This document shows, piece by piece, positions 14,161-28,361 of a DNA stretch of 64,000 bases. A program made the translations under genes and the position numbers. The notes under the pieces are model-generated. The model saw only the letters and a program-made list of their open reading frames with translations, was not told the DNA's origin and ran no database searches. The stretch is from the human T2T-CHM13v2.0 reference genome, Homo sapiens, in NCBI RefSeq assembly GCF_009914755.1, contig NC_060948.1. One strand, written 5' to 3'. How positions within the stretch are numbered: the first letter of the stretch is position 1; every line of letters begins with the position of its first letter.

Positions 14161-17100
14161 GGACTAGAATGGAATGGATTCGAATGGAAGGCAAAGGAAT
14201 GGAATCTATTGGAATGGACTGTAATGGAATGGAATGGAAGGGATTGGAATGGACTCGAATGGAATGGACTGCAATAGAAAGGATTCGAATGGAATGAAAA
14301 AGAATTGAATGGAATAGAACAGAATGGAATCAAATCGAATGAAATGGAATGGAATAGAAAGGAATGGAATGAAATGGAATGGAAAGGATTCGAATGGAAT
14401 GCAATCGAATGGAATGGAATCGAACGGAATGGAATAAAATGGAAGAAAACTGGCAAGAAATGGAATCGAAATGAATGGAGTGTTATGGAACGGACTCAAA
14501 AGGAATTGAATGTAATAGAATGGAGTGGAGTGGACTCGAATATAATGGACTGGAATGGAATGAAATCACATGGAATGGAAACGAATGGAATGGAAAGGAA
14601 TGGAATCGAATGTAAAGGAATCGAACGGAAGGGAATGAAATTGAATCAACAGGAATGGAAGGGAATAGAATAGACTGTAATGGAATGGACACGAATAGAA
14701 TGGACACGAATGCTCAAATTGAATGGACTCGAATGGAATGGAAAGGAAAGGAAAGTCATCGAATGGAATTGAATCGATTGGAATGAAATCGCATAGAATG
14801 GAGTGGAATCAAATGGAATTGAATCGAAAGGAAAGGAAGCGAATGGACTGAAATGAAATGGAATGGAATTGAATGGAAAGTAATGCAATGGAATAGAATG
14901 GAACGAAATTTCACGGAATGGAATCAAACTGAATGGAATCAAATCAATGGAATCTAATCAAATGGAATGGAAAGGAATTGAATGGAGTATATTGGATTGG
15001 ATGGGATTGGAATGAAATGTACTGGAAAGGACTCGAATTTCATGAAACGGAATGGAATGAATTGGAACGGAATGGACTCGAATGGAATGGAATGACATGG
15101 AATGGCATCAAATGGAATGGCATCAAATGGAATGGAATCGAATACAATGGAATGCTATGGAATGGAATGGAATGCATTGGAATGGAATGTCCTCTAATGG
15201 AATGGATTCGAGTGGAATGGAATCGAATATAATGGAGTCGAATGAAATGGAATTGAAAGGAATGGGATCGAATAGAATGGAATATACTGGAATGTAATGT
15301 AATGAACTCGAATGTAATTGACTGGAATGGAATGTACATGAATGGAATGTAATCGAATGGAAAGTAATCCAATGGAATAGAATCTAATGCAATAAAATCG
15401 ACTCAGATAGAGTAGAATGTAATGGAATGGAGTGCAGTGCAATGGAATGGAATGGAATGGAATGCAATGGAATGGAATGGAATGGAATGGAATGGAATGG
15501 AATGGGATGGAATGGGATGGAATGGTATGGAATGGATAGTAATGGACTGGAGTGAAATGGACTGGAAAGGAATGGACTCAAATTGAAAGGGCTCGAAAGG
15601 AATGGAGACAAATGAAATGGTCTGGAATGGAATGAACACGAATGTAATGCAATCCAATAGAATGGAGTCGAATGGCATGGAATATAAAGAAATGGAATCG
15701 AAGAGAATGGAAACAAATGGAATGGAATTGAATGGAATGGAATTGAATGGAATGGGAACGAATGGAGTGAAATTGTATGCAGTAGAAGAGAATAGAATGG
15801 AATTCAAGCGAAAGGAAAGGAATGGATTGGAATGGAATAGAATTCATTGGAATGGAAGGGAATGTAGTGTAATGGACAGGCCTGGAATAAAGTGGAATGC
15901 TACGGTCTCGAATGGAATAAAAATGTATGGAATGGAATGCAATGAAACGGAATCGAATGTCATCGAATGTAATGGAATGCAAAAAAATGGACTCCAAAAT
16001 CATTGACTGGAAAGGCTGGGTGTCGAAAGGAATTGACTCCAATGGAATGGAATCGAATGGAATGGAAGTGAATAGAATCAAACTAAATCGAATGGAATGG
16101 AATTGATAGGAACGGAATGGAAAGGAATGCAATGATTTGGCATGGAATGGAATCGAATGGCATCAAATGGAATGGAATGGAATGCAATGGAATGGAATGT
16201 ATTAGAATATAATGAACTTTAATGGAATGTACTCGAATGGATTCGACTGGAATGGAATGTTCTGGAAGTGAATGGACTCCAATGGAATGGATTCCAAAGG
16301 AATGGAATCGTACGGAATGGAATCTAATGGAATGGAATTAAATGGAAATGAATCAAATTGAATAGCACGGAATTGAATTGAATGGAATGGAATGCAATGG
16401 AATCTAATGAAACGGAAAGGAAAGGAATGCAATGGAATGGAATGGGCTGGAATGGAAAGGAATCGAAACGAATGGAATGGAATCGAACTGAAGAGACTGG
16501 AATGGAAAGCACTGGAATGGAAGGGAGTGTAATGGAAGGTTCTCGAAAAAAATGGAATCGAATGGAATGCAATTGAATGGAACGGAATAGAGTCGAATGC
16601 AATTGAATGGAATGGAATGGACTAGAGTGAAATGGAATCGAACCACAAGGAATGGACAGGAATAGAATGGTCTCGAATTGAATGGAATCGTATGGAATGG
16701 CATCAAACGAAATGGAATGGACAGCCACGGAATGGAATGCACTCGAATGCAATGGAGTCGAAACTAATGGACTGGAATAGAATGGACTCGACTGGTAAGG
16801 ACTCCAATGGAATGGAATCGAATGGAAGGGAAACGAACGGAATGGACTCGAAGGGAAAAGACTGCAATGGAAAGGTCTCGAATGGAATGGAAATTAATGG
16901 AATGGAATGGAATCCAATGAAATGGAGTCAAAAGGAATGGAATCGAATGGCAAGAAATCGAATGTAATGGAATCGCAAGGAATTGATGTGAACGGAACGG
17001 AATGGAATGGAATCCAAAGGAATGGAATAGAATGGAATGGAATCGAATGGAAAGGACTCGAATGGAAATCACTCGAATAGAATGCAATTTAATAAAATAG

Positions 17101-17724
17101 GATCAAATGTAATGGAATGGAATGGAAAGGAATCGAAACGAAAGGAATGGAGACCGATGGAATGGAATGGAACAGAGAGCAATGGTATAGAATGGAATGG
17201 AATCATCTGGAATGGAATTGAATGGAATGGAATAATATGAAATGGAATGGAATGGAATGGAATGGAATGCCCTTGAATTAAATGGACTGGAATGGAATGG
17301 ACTCGAACAGAGTGGAATGGAAAGTGTTGAGATAGAATGGAATGGACTCCTTTCGAATGGTGTAGTATGCAATGTAATCGACTGGCAGGGAATCAAAAGG
17401 AATGTAATCGAATGGATTGGACTGGAATGCAATGGACTCGAATAGATTGGAAACGGAATGCAAAGGAATGGAATGGAATAGTATGGAATGGAATGGAAAG
17501 GAATGGAGTGGAATAGACTAGAGTGGAATGGAATGGACTGGAAAGCAATGGACTGGAATGGAACTTTCTTGAATGGACTGGAATCAAACGGAATGGAATG
17601 CAATGCAATCAAATGGCATGGAATAAAATAGAATGAAAGAGAATCAAATGGAATTGAATCGAATGGAATCGAATGGATTGGAAAGGAATAGAATGGAATG
17701 GAATGGAATTGACTCAAATGGAAT
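14161..17724 (+). repeat. DYZ1 unit U5 (3564 bp)
   Basis: Landmark recurrence; GGCC at 15879; U5-U7 clade variants. Confidence 0.9.
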
Positions 17725-20700
17725 GGACTAGAATGGAATGGATTCGAATGGAAGGCAAAGGAATGGAATCTATTGGAATGGACTGTAATGGAATGGAATG
17801 GAAGGGATTGGAATGGACTCGAATGGAATGGACTGCAATAGAAAGGATTCGAATGGAATGAAAAAGAATTGAATGGAATAGAACAGAATGGAATCAAATC
17901 GAATGAAATGGAATGGAATAGAAAGGAATGGAATGAAATGGAATGGAAAGGATTCGAATGGAATGCAATCGAATGGAATGGAATCGAACGGAATGGAATA
18001 AAATGGAAGAAAACTGGCAAGAAATGGAATCGAAATGAATGGAGTGTTATGGAACGGACTCAAAAGGAATTGAATGTAATAGAATGGAGTGGAGTGGACT
18101 CGAATATAATGGACTGGAATGGAATGAAATCACATGGAATGGGAACGAATGGAATGGAATGGAAAGGAATGGAATGGAATGGAAAGGAATCGAATGGAAG
18201 GGAATGAAATTGAATCAACAGGAATGGAAGGGAATAGAATAGACGGTAATGGAATGGACTCGAATAGAATGGACACGAATGCTCAAATTGAATGGACTCG
18301 AAAGGAATGGAAAGGAAAGGAATGTCATCGAATGGAATTGAATCGATTGGAATGAAATCGCATAGAATGGAGTGGAATCAAATGGAATTGAATCGAAAGG
18401 AAAGGAAGCGAATGGACTGAAATGAAATGGAATGGAATTGAATGGAAAGTAATGCAATGGAATAGAATGGAACGAAATTTCACGGAATGGAATCAAACTG
18501 AATGGAATCAAATCAATGGAATCTAATCAAATGGAATGGAAAGGAATTGAATGGAGTAGATTGGATTGGATGGGATTGGAATGAAATGTACTGGAAAGGA
18601 CTCGAATTTCATGAAACGGAATGGAATGAATTGGAACGGAATGGACTCGAATGGAATGGAATGTCATCGAATGGCATCAAATGGAATGGCATCAAATGGA
18701 ATGGAATCGAATGCAATGGAATGCTATGGAATGGAATGGAATGCATTGGAATGGAATGTCCTCTAATGGAATGGATTCGAGTGGAATGGAATCGAATATA
18801 ATGGAGTCGAATGAAATGGAATTGAAAAGAATGGGATCGAATACAATGGAATATACTGGAATGTAATGTAATGAACTCGAATGTAATTGACTGGAATGGA
18901 ATGTACATGAATGGAATGTAATCGAATAGAAAGTAATCCAATGGAATAGAATGTAATGCAATAAAATCGACTCAGATAGAGTAGAATGTAATGGAATGGA
19001 GTGTAGTGCAATGGAATGGAATGGAATGGAATGCAATGGAATGGAATGGAATGGAATGGAATGGGATGGAATGGTATGGAATGGATAGTAATGGACTGGA
19101 GTGAAATGGACTGGAAAGGAATGGACTCAAATTGAAAGGGCTCGAAAGGAATGCAGACAAATGGAATGGTCTGGAATGGAATGAACACGAATGTAATGCA
19201 ATCCAATTGAATGGAGTCGAATGGCAGGGAATATAAAGAAATGGAATCGAAGAGAATGGAAACAAATGGAATGGAATTGAATGGAATGGAATTGAATGGA
19301 ATGGGAACGAATGGAGTGAAATTGTATGCAGTAGAAGAGAATAGAATGGAATGCAAGCGAAAGGAAAGGAATGGATTGGAATGGAATGGAATTCATTGGA
19401 ATGGAAGGGAATGTAGTGTAATGGACAGGCCTGGAATAAAGTGGAATGCTACGGTCTCGAATGGAATAAAAATGTATGGAATGGAATGCAATGAAACGGA
19501 ATCGAATGTCATAGAATGTAATGGAATGCAAAAAAATGGAATCCAAAATCATTGACTGGAAAGGCTGGGTGTCGAAAGGAATTGACTCCAATGGAATGGA
19601 ATCGAATGGAATGGAAGTGAATAGAATCAAACTAAATCGAATGGAATGGAATTGATAGGAACGGAATGGAAAGGAATGCAATGATTTGGCATGGAATGGA
19701 ATCGAATGGCATCAAATGGAATGGAATGGAATGCAATGGAATGGAATGTATTAGAATATAATGAACTTTAATGGAATGTACTCGAATGGATTCGACTGGA
19801 ATGGAATGTTCTGGAAGTGAATGGACTCCAATGGAATGGATTCCAAAGGAATGGAATCGTACGGAATGGAATCTAATGGAATGGAATTAAATGGAAATGA
19901 ATCAAATTGAATAGCACGGAATTGAATTGAATGGAATGGAATGCAATGGAATCTAATGAAACGGAAAGGAAAGGAATGCAATGGAATGGAATGGGCTGGA
20001 ATGGAAAGGAATCGAAACGAATGGAATGGAATCGAACTGAAGAGACTGGAATGGAAAGCACTGGAATGGAAGGGAGTGTAATGGAAGGTTCTCGAAAAAA
20101 ATGGAATCGAATGGAATGCAATTGAATGGAACGGAATAGAGTCGAATGCAATTGAATGGAATGGAATGGACTAGAGTGAAATGGAATCGAACCACAAGGA
20201 ATGGACAGGAATAGAATGGTCTCGAATTGAATGGAATCGTATGGAATGGCATCAAACGAAATGGAATGGACAGCCACGGAATGGAATGCACTCGAATGCA
20301 ATGGAGTCGAAACTAATGGACTGGAATAGAATGGACTCGACTGGTAAGGACTCCAATGGAATGGAATCGAATGGAAGGGAAACGAACGGAATGGACTCGA
20401 AGGGAAAAGACTGCAATGGAAAGGTCTCGAATGGAATGGAAATTAATGGAATGGAATGGAATCCAATGAAATGGAGTCAAAAGGAATGGAATCGAATGGC
20501 AAGAAATCGAATGTAATGGAATCGCAAGGAATTGATGTGAACGGAACGGAATGGAATGGAATCCAAAGGAATGGAATAGAATGGAATGGAATCGAATGGA
20601 AAGGACTCGAATGGAAATCACTCAAATAGAATGAAATTTAATAAAATGGGATCAAATGTAATGGAATGGAATGGAAAGGAATCGAAACGAAAGGAATGGA

Positions 20701-21268
20701 GACAGATGGAATGGAATGGAACAGAGAGCAATGGTATAGAATGGAATGGAATCATCTGGAATGGAATTGAATGGAATGGAATAATATGAAATGGAATGGA
20801 ATGGAATGGAATGCCCTTGAATTAAATGGGCTGGAATGGAATGGACTCCAACAGAGTGGAATGGAAAGTGTTGAGATAGCATGGAATGGACTCCTTTGGA
20901 ATGGTCTAGTATGCAATGCAATCGACTGGCAGGGAATCAAAAGGAATGTAATCGAATGGATTGGACTGGAATGCAATGGACTCGAATAGATTGGAAACGG
21001 AATGCAAAGGAATGGAATGGAATAGTATGGAATGGAATGGAAAGGAATGGAGTGGAATAGCCTAGAGAGGAATGGAATGGACTCGAAAGCAATGGACTGG
21101 AATGGAACTTTCTTGAATGGACTGGAATCAAACGGAATGGAATGCAATGCAATCAAATGGCATGGAATAAGATAGAATGAAAGAGAATCAAATGGAATTG
21201 AATGGAATGGAATCGAATGGATTGGAAAGGAATAGAATGGAATGGAATGGAATTGACTCAAATGGAAT
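17725..21268 (+). repeat. DYZ1 unit U6 (3544 bp)
   Basis: Landmark recurrence; GGCC at 19428; central part near-identical to U5. Confidence 0.9.
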
Positions 21269-24200
21269 GGACTAGAATGGAATGGATTCGAATGGAAGGC
21301 AAAGGAATGGAATCTATTGGAATGGACTGTAATGGAATGCAATGAAAGGGATTGGAATGGACTCGAATGGAATGGACTGCAATAGAAAGGATTCGAATGG
21401 AATGAAAAAGAATTGAATGGAATAGAACAGAATGGAATCAAATCGAATGAAATGGAATGGAATAGAAAGGAATGGAATGAAATGGAATGGAAAGGATTCG
21501 AATGGAATGCAATCAAATGGAATGGAATCGAACGGAATGGAATAAAATGGAAGAAAACTGGCAAGAAATGGAATCGAAATGAATGGAGTGTTATGGAATG
21601 GACTCAAAAGGAATTGAATGTAATAGAATGGAGTGGAGTGGACTCGAATATAATGGACTGGAATGGAATGAAATCACACGGAATGGGAACGAATGGAATG
21701 GAATGGAAAGGAATGGAATCGAATGGAAAGGAATCGAATGGAAGGGAATGAAATTGAATCAACAGGAATGGAAGGGAATAGAATAGACGGTAATGGAATG
21801 GACTCGAATAGAATGGACACGAATGCTCAAATTGAATGGACTCGAATGGAATGGAAAGGAAAGGAATGTCATCGAATGGAATTGAATCGATTGGAATGAA
21901 ATCGCATAGAATGGAGTAGAATCAAATGGAATTGAATCGAAAAGAAAGGAAGCGAATGGACTGAAATGAAATGGAATGGAATTGAATGGAAAGTAATGCA
22001 ATGGAATAGAATGGAACGAAATTTCACGGAATGGAATCAAACTGAATGGAATCAAATCAATAGAATCAAATCAAATGGAATGGAAAGGAATTGAATGGAG
22101 TAGATTGGATTGGATGGGATTGGAATGAAATGTACTGGAAAGGACTCGAATTTCATGAAACGGAATGGAATGAATTGGAACGGAATGGACTCGAATGGAA
22201 TGGAATGTCATGGAATGGAATCAAATGGAATGGCATCAAATGGAATGGAATCGAATGCAATGGAATGCTATGGAATGGAATGGAATGCATTGGAATGGAA
22301 TGTCCTCTAATGGAATGGATTCGAGTGGAATGGAATCGAATATAATGGAATCGAATGAAATGGAATTGAAAAGAATGGGATCGAATACAATGGAATATAC
22401 TGGAATGTAATGTAATGAACTCGAATGTAATTGACTGGAATGGAATGTACATGAATGGAATGTAATCGAATGGAAAGTAATCCAATGGAATAGAATCTAA
22501 TGCAATAAAATCGACTCAGATAGAGTAGAATGTAATGGAATGGAGTGCAGTGCAATGGAATGGAATGGAATGCAATGGAATGGAATGGAATGGAATGGGA
22601 TGGGATGGAATGGTATGGAATGGATAGTAATGGACTGGAAAGGAATGGACTCAAATTGAAAGGGCTCGAAAGGAATGGAGACAAATGGAATGGTCTGGAA
22701 TGGAATGAACACGAATGTAATGCAATCCAATAGAATGGAGTCGAATGGCAGGGAATATAAAGAAATGGAATCGAAGAGAATGGAAACAAATGGAATGGAA
22801 TTGAATGGAATGGAATTGAATGGAATGGGAACGAATGGAGTGAAATTGTATGCAGTAGAAGAGAATAGAATGGAATGCAAGCGAAAGGAAAGGAATGGAT
22901 TGGAATGGAATGGAATTCATTGGAATGGAAGGGAATGTAGTGTAATGGACAGGCCTGGAATAAAGTGGAATGCTACGGTCTTGAATGGAATAAAAATGTA
23001 TGGAATGGAATGCAATGAAACGGAATCGAATGTCATAGAATGTAATGCAATGCAAAAAAATGGAATCCAAAATCATTGACTGGAAAGTCTGGGTGTCGAA
23101 AGGAATTGACTCCAATGGAATGGAATCGAATGGAATGGAAGTGAATAGAATCAAACTAAATCGAATGGAATGGAATTGATAGGAACGGAATGGAAAGGAA
23201 TGCAATGATTTGGCATGGAATGGAATCGAATGTCTTCAAATGGAATGGAATGGAATGCAATGGAATGGAATGTATTAGAATGTAATGAACTTTAATGGAA
23301 TATACTCGAATGGATTCGACTGGAATGGAATGTTCTGGAAGTGAATGGACTCCAATGGAATGGATTCAAAAGGAATGGAATCGTACGGAATGGAATCTAA
23401 TGGAATGGAATTAAATGGAAATGAATCAAATTGAATAGCACGGAATTGAATTGAATGGAATGGAATGCAATGGAATCTAATGAAACGGAAAGGAAAGGAA
23501 TGCAATGGAATGGAATGGGCTGGAATGGAAAGGAATCGAAACGAATGGAATGGAATCGAACTGAAGAGACTGGAATGGAAAGCACTGGAATGGAAGGGAG
23601 TGTAATGTAAGGTTCTCGAAAAAAATGGAATCGAATGGAATGCAATTGAATGGAACGGAATAGAGTCGAATGCAATTGAATGGAATGGAATGGACTAGAG
23701 TGAAATGGAATCGAACCACAAGGAATGGACAGGAATAGAATGGTCTCGAATTGAATGGAATCGTATGGAATGGCATCAAACGGAATGGAATGGACAGCCA
23801 CGGAATGGAATGCACTCGAATGCAATGGAGTCGAAACTAATGGACTGGAATAGAATAGACTCGACTGGTAAGGACTCCAATGGAATGGAATCGAATGGAA
23901 GGGAAACGAACGGAATGGACTCGAAGGGAAAAGACTGCAATGGAAAGGTCTCGAATGGAATGGAAATTAATGGAATGGAATGGAATCGAATGAAATGGAG
24001 GCAAAAGGAATGGAATCGAATGGCAAGAAATCGAATGTAATGGAATCGCAAGGAATTGATGTGAACGGAACGGAATGGAATGGAATCCAAAGGAATGGAA
24101 TAGAATGGAATGGAATCGAAAGGAAAGGACTCGAATGGAAATCACTCGAATAGAATGAAATTTAATAAAATAGGATCAAATGTAATGGAATGGAATGGAA

Positions 24201-24792
24201 AGGAATCGAAACGAAAGGAATGGAGACAGATGGAATGGAATGGAACACAGAGCAATGGTATAGAATGGAATGGAATCATCTGGAATGGAATTGAATGGAA
24301 TGGAATAATATGAAATGGAATGGAATGAAATGGAATGCCCTTGAATTAAATGGACTGGAATGGAATGGACTCCAACAGAGTGGAATGGAAAGTGTTGAGA
24401 TAGAATGGAATGGACTCCTTTGGAATGGTCTAGTATGCAATGCAATCGACTGGCAGGGAATCAAAAGGAATGTAATCGAATGGATTGGACTGGAATGCAA
24501 TGGACTCGAATAGATTGGAAACGGAATGCAAAGGAATGGAATGGAATAGTATGGAATGGAATGGAAAGGAATGGAGTGGAATAGACTAGAGTGGAATGGA
24601 ATGGACTCGAAAGCAATGGACTGGAATGGAACTTTCTTGAATGGACTGGAATCAAACGGAATGGAATGCAATGCAATCAAATGACATGGAATAAGATAGA
24701 ATGAAAGAGAATCAAATGGAATTGAATCGAATGGAATCGAATGGATTGGAAAGGAATAGAATGGAATGGAATGGAATTGACTCAAATGGAAT
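21269..24792 (+). repeat. DYZ1 unit U7 (3524 bp)
   Basis: Landmark recurrence; GGCC at 22952; 15-bp deletion near 22635. Confidence 0.9.
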
Positions 24793-27700
24793 GGACTAGA
24801 ATGGAATGGATTCGAATGGAAGGCAAAGGAATGGAATCTATTGGAATGGACTGTAATGGAATGCAATGGAAGGGATTGGAATGGACTCGAATGGAATGGA
24901 CTGCAATAGAAAGGATTCGAATGGAATGAAAAAGAATTGAATGGAATAGAACAGAATGGAATCGAATCGAATGAAATGGAATGGAATAGAAAGGAATGGA
25001 ATGAAATGGAATGGAAAGGATTCGAATGGAATGCAATCGAATGGAATGGAATCGAACGGAATGGAATAAAATGGAAGAAAACTGGCAAGAAATGGAATCG
25101 AAATGAATGGAGTGTTATGGAACGGACTCAAAAGGAATTGAATGTAATAGAATGGAGTGGAGTGGACTCGAATATAATGGACTGGAATGGAATGAAATCA
25201 CATGGAATGGGAACGAATGGAATGGAATGGAAAGGAATGGAATCGAATGGAAAGGAATCGAATGGAAGGGAATGAAATTGAATCAACAGGAATGGAAGGG
25301 AATAGAATAGACGGTAATGGAATGGACTCGAATAGAATGGACACGAATGCTCAAATTGAATGGACTCGAATGGAATGGAAACGAAAGGAATGTCATCGAA
25401 TGGAATTGAATCGATTGGAATGAAATCACATAGAATGGAGTGGAATCAAATGGAATTGAATCGAAAGGAAAGGAAGCGAATGGACTGAAATGAAATGGAA
25501 TGGAATTGAATGGAAAGTAATGCAATGGAATAGAATGGAACGAAATTTCACGGAACGGAATCAAACTGAATGGAATCAAATCAATGGATTCTAATCAAAT
25601 GGAATGGAAAGGAATTGAAGGGAGTAGATTGGATTGGATGGGATTGGAATGAAATGTACTGGAAAGGACTCGAATTTCATGAAACGGAATGGAATGAATT
25701 GGAACGGAAGGGACTCGAATGGAATGGAATGTCATGGAATGGCATCAAATGGAATGGCATCAAATGGAATGGAATCGAATGCAATGGAATGTTATGGAAT
25801 GGAATGGAATGCATTGGAATGGAATGTCCTCTAATGGAATGGATTCGAGTGGAATGGAATCGAATATAATGGAGTCGAATGAAATGGAATTGAAAAGAAT
25901 GGGATCGAATACAATGGAATATACTGGAATGAAATGTAATGAACTCGAATGTAATTGACTGGAATGGAATGTACATGAATGGAATGTAATCGAATGGAAA
26001 GTAATCCAATGGAATAGAATCTAATGCAATAAAATCGACTCAGATACAGTAGAATGTAATGGAATGGAGTGCAGTGCAATGGAATGGAATGGAATGGAAG
26101 GCAATGGAATGGAATGGAATGGAATGGAATGGAATGGAATGGAATGGAATGGGATGGAATGGGATGGAATGGATAGTAATGGACTGGAGTGAAATGGACT
26201 GGAAAGGAATGGACTCAAATTGAAAGGGCTCGAAAGGAATGGAGTCAAATGGAATGGTCTGGAATGGAATGAACACGAATGTAATGCAATCCAATAGAAT
26301 GGAATCGAATGGCATGGAATATAAAGAAATGGAATCGAAGAGAATGGAAACAAATGGAATGGAATTGAATGGAATGGAATTGAATGGAATGGGAACGAAT
26401 GGAGTGAAATTGTATGCAGTAGAAGGGAATAGAATGGAATGCAAGCGAAAGGAAAGGAATGGATTGGAATGGAATGGAATTCATTGGAATGGAAGGGAAT
26501 GTAGTGTAATGGACAGGCCTGGAATAAAGTGGAATGCTACGGTCTCGAATGGAATAAAAATGTATGGAATGGAATGCAATGAAACGGAATCGAATGTCAT
26601 AGAATGTAATGGAATGCAAAAAAATGGAATCCAAAATCATTGACTGGAAAGGCTGGGTGTCGAAAGGAATTGACTCCAATGGAATGGAATCGAATGGAAT
26701 GGAAGTGAATAGAATCGAACTAAATCGAATGGAATGGAATTGATAGGAACGGAATGGAAAGGAATGCAATGATTTGGCATGGAATGGAATCGAATGGCAT
26801 CGAATGGAATGGAATGGAATGCAATGGAATGGAATGTATTAGAATGTAATGAACTTTAATGGAATGTACTCGAATGGATTCGACTGGAATGGAATGTTCT
26901 GGAAGTGAATGGACTCCAATGGAATGGATTCAAAAGGAATGGAATCGTACGGAATGGAATCTAATGGAATGGAATTAAATGGAAATGAATCAAATTGAAT
27001 AGCACGGAATTGAATTGAATGGAATGGAATGCAATGGAATCTAATGAAACGGAAAGGAAAGGAATGGAATGGAATGGAAAGGGCTGGAATGGAAAGGAAT
27101 CGAAACGAATGGAATGGAATCGAACTGAAGAGACTGGAATGGAATGCACTGGAATGGAAGGGAGTGTAATGGAAGGTTCTCGAAAAAAATGGAATCGAAT
27201 GGAATGGAATTGAATGGAACGGAATAGAGTCGAATGGAATTGAATGGAATGGAATGGACTAGAGTGAAATGGAATCGAACCACAAGGAATGGACAGGAAT
27301 AGAATGGTCTCGAATTGAATGGAATCGTATGGAATGGCATCAAACGGAATGGAATGGACAGCCACGGAATGGAATGCACTCGAATGCAATGGAGTCGAAA
27401 CTAATGGACTGGAATAGAATGGACTCGACTGGTACGGACTCCAATGGAATGGAATCGAATGGAAGGGAATCGAACGGAATGGACTCGAAGGGAAAAGACT
27501 GCAATGGAAAGGTCTCGAATGGAATGGAAATTAATGGAATGGAATGGAATCGAATGAAATGGAGTCAAAAGGAATGGAATCGAATGGCAAGAAATCGAAT
27601 GTAATGGAATCGCAAGGAATTGATGTGAACGGAACGGAATGGAATGGAATCCAAAGGAATGGAATAGAATGGAATGGAATCGAATGGAAAGGACTCGAAT

Positions 27701-28361
27701 GGAAATCACTCGAATAGAATGCAATTTAATAAAATAGGATCAAATGTAATGGAATGGAATGGAAAGGAATCGAAACGAAAGGAATGGAGACAGATGGAAT
27801 GGAATGGAACAGAGAGCAATGGTATAGAATGGAATGGAATCATCTGGAATGGAATTGAATGGAATGGAATAATATGAAATGGAATGGAATGGAATGGAAT
27901 GGAATGCCCTTGAATTAAATGGACTGGAATGGAATGGACTCGAACAGAGTGGAATGGAAAGTGTTGAGATAGAATGGAATGGACTCCTTTGGAATGGTGT
28001 AGTATGCAATGCAATCGACTGGCAGGGAATCAAAAGGAATGTAATGGAATGGATTGGACTGGAATGCAATGGACTCGAATAGATTGGAAACGGAATGCAA
28101 AGGAATGGAATGGAATAGTATGGAATGGAATGGAAAGGAATGGAGTGGAATAGACTAGAGTGGAATGGAATGGACTGGAAAGCAATGGACTGGAATGGAA
28201 CTTTCTTGAATGGACTGGAATCAAACGGAATGGAATGCAATGCAATCAAATGGCATGGAATAAAATAGAATGAAAGAGAATCAAATGGAATTGAATCGAA
28301 TGGAATCGAATGGATTGGAAAGGAATAGCATGGAATGGAATGGAATTGACTCGAATGGAAT
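24793..28361 (+). repeat. DYZ1 unit U8 (3569 bp), junction unit between left and right sub-domains
   Basis: Landmark recurrence; GGCC at 26516; left-type marker at 25891, right-type markers from 26096. Confidence 0.88.
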
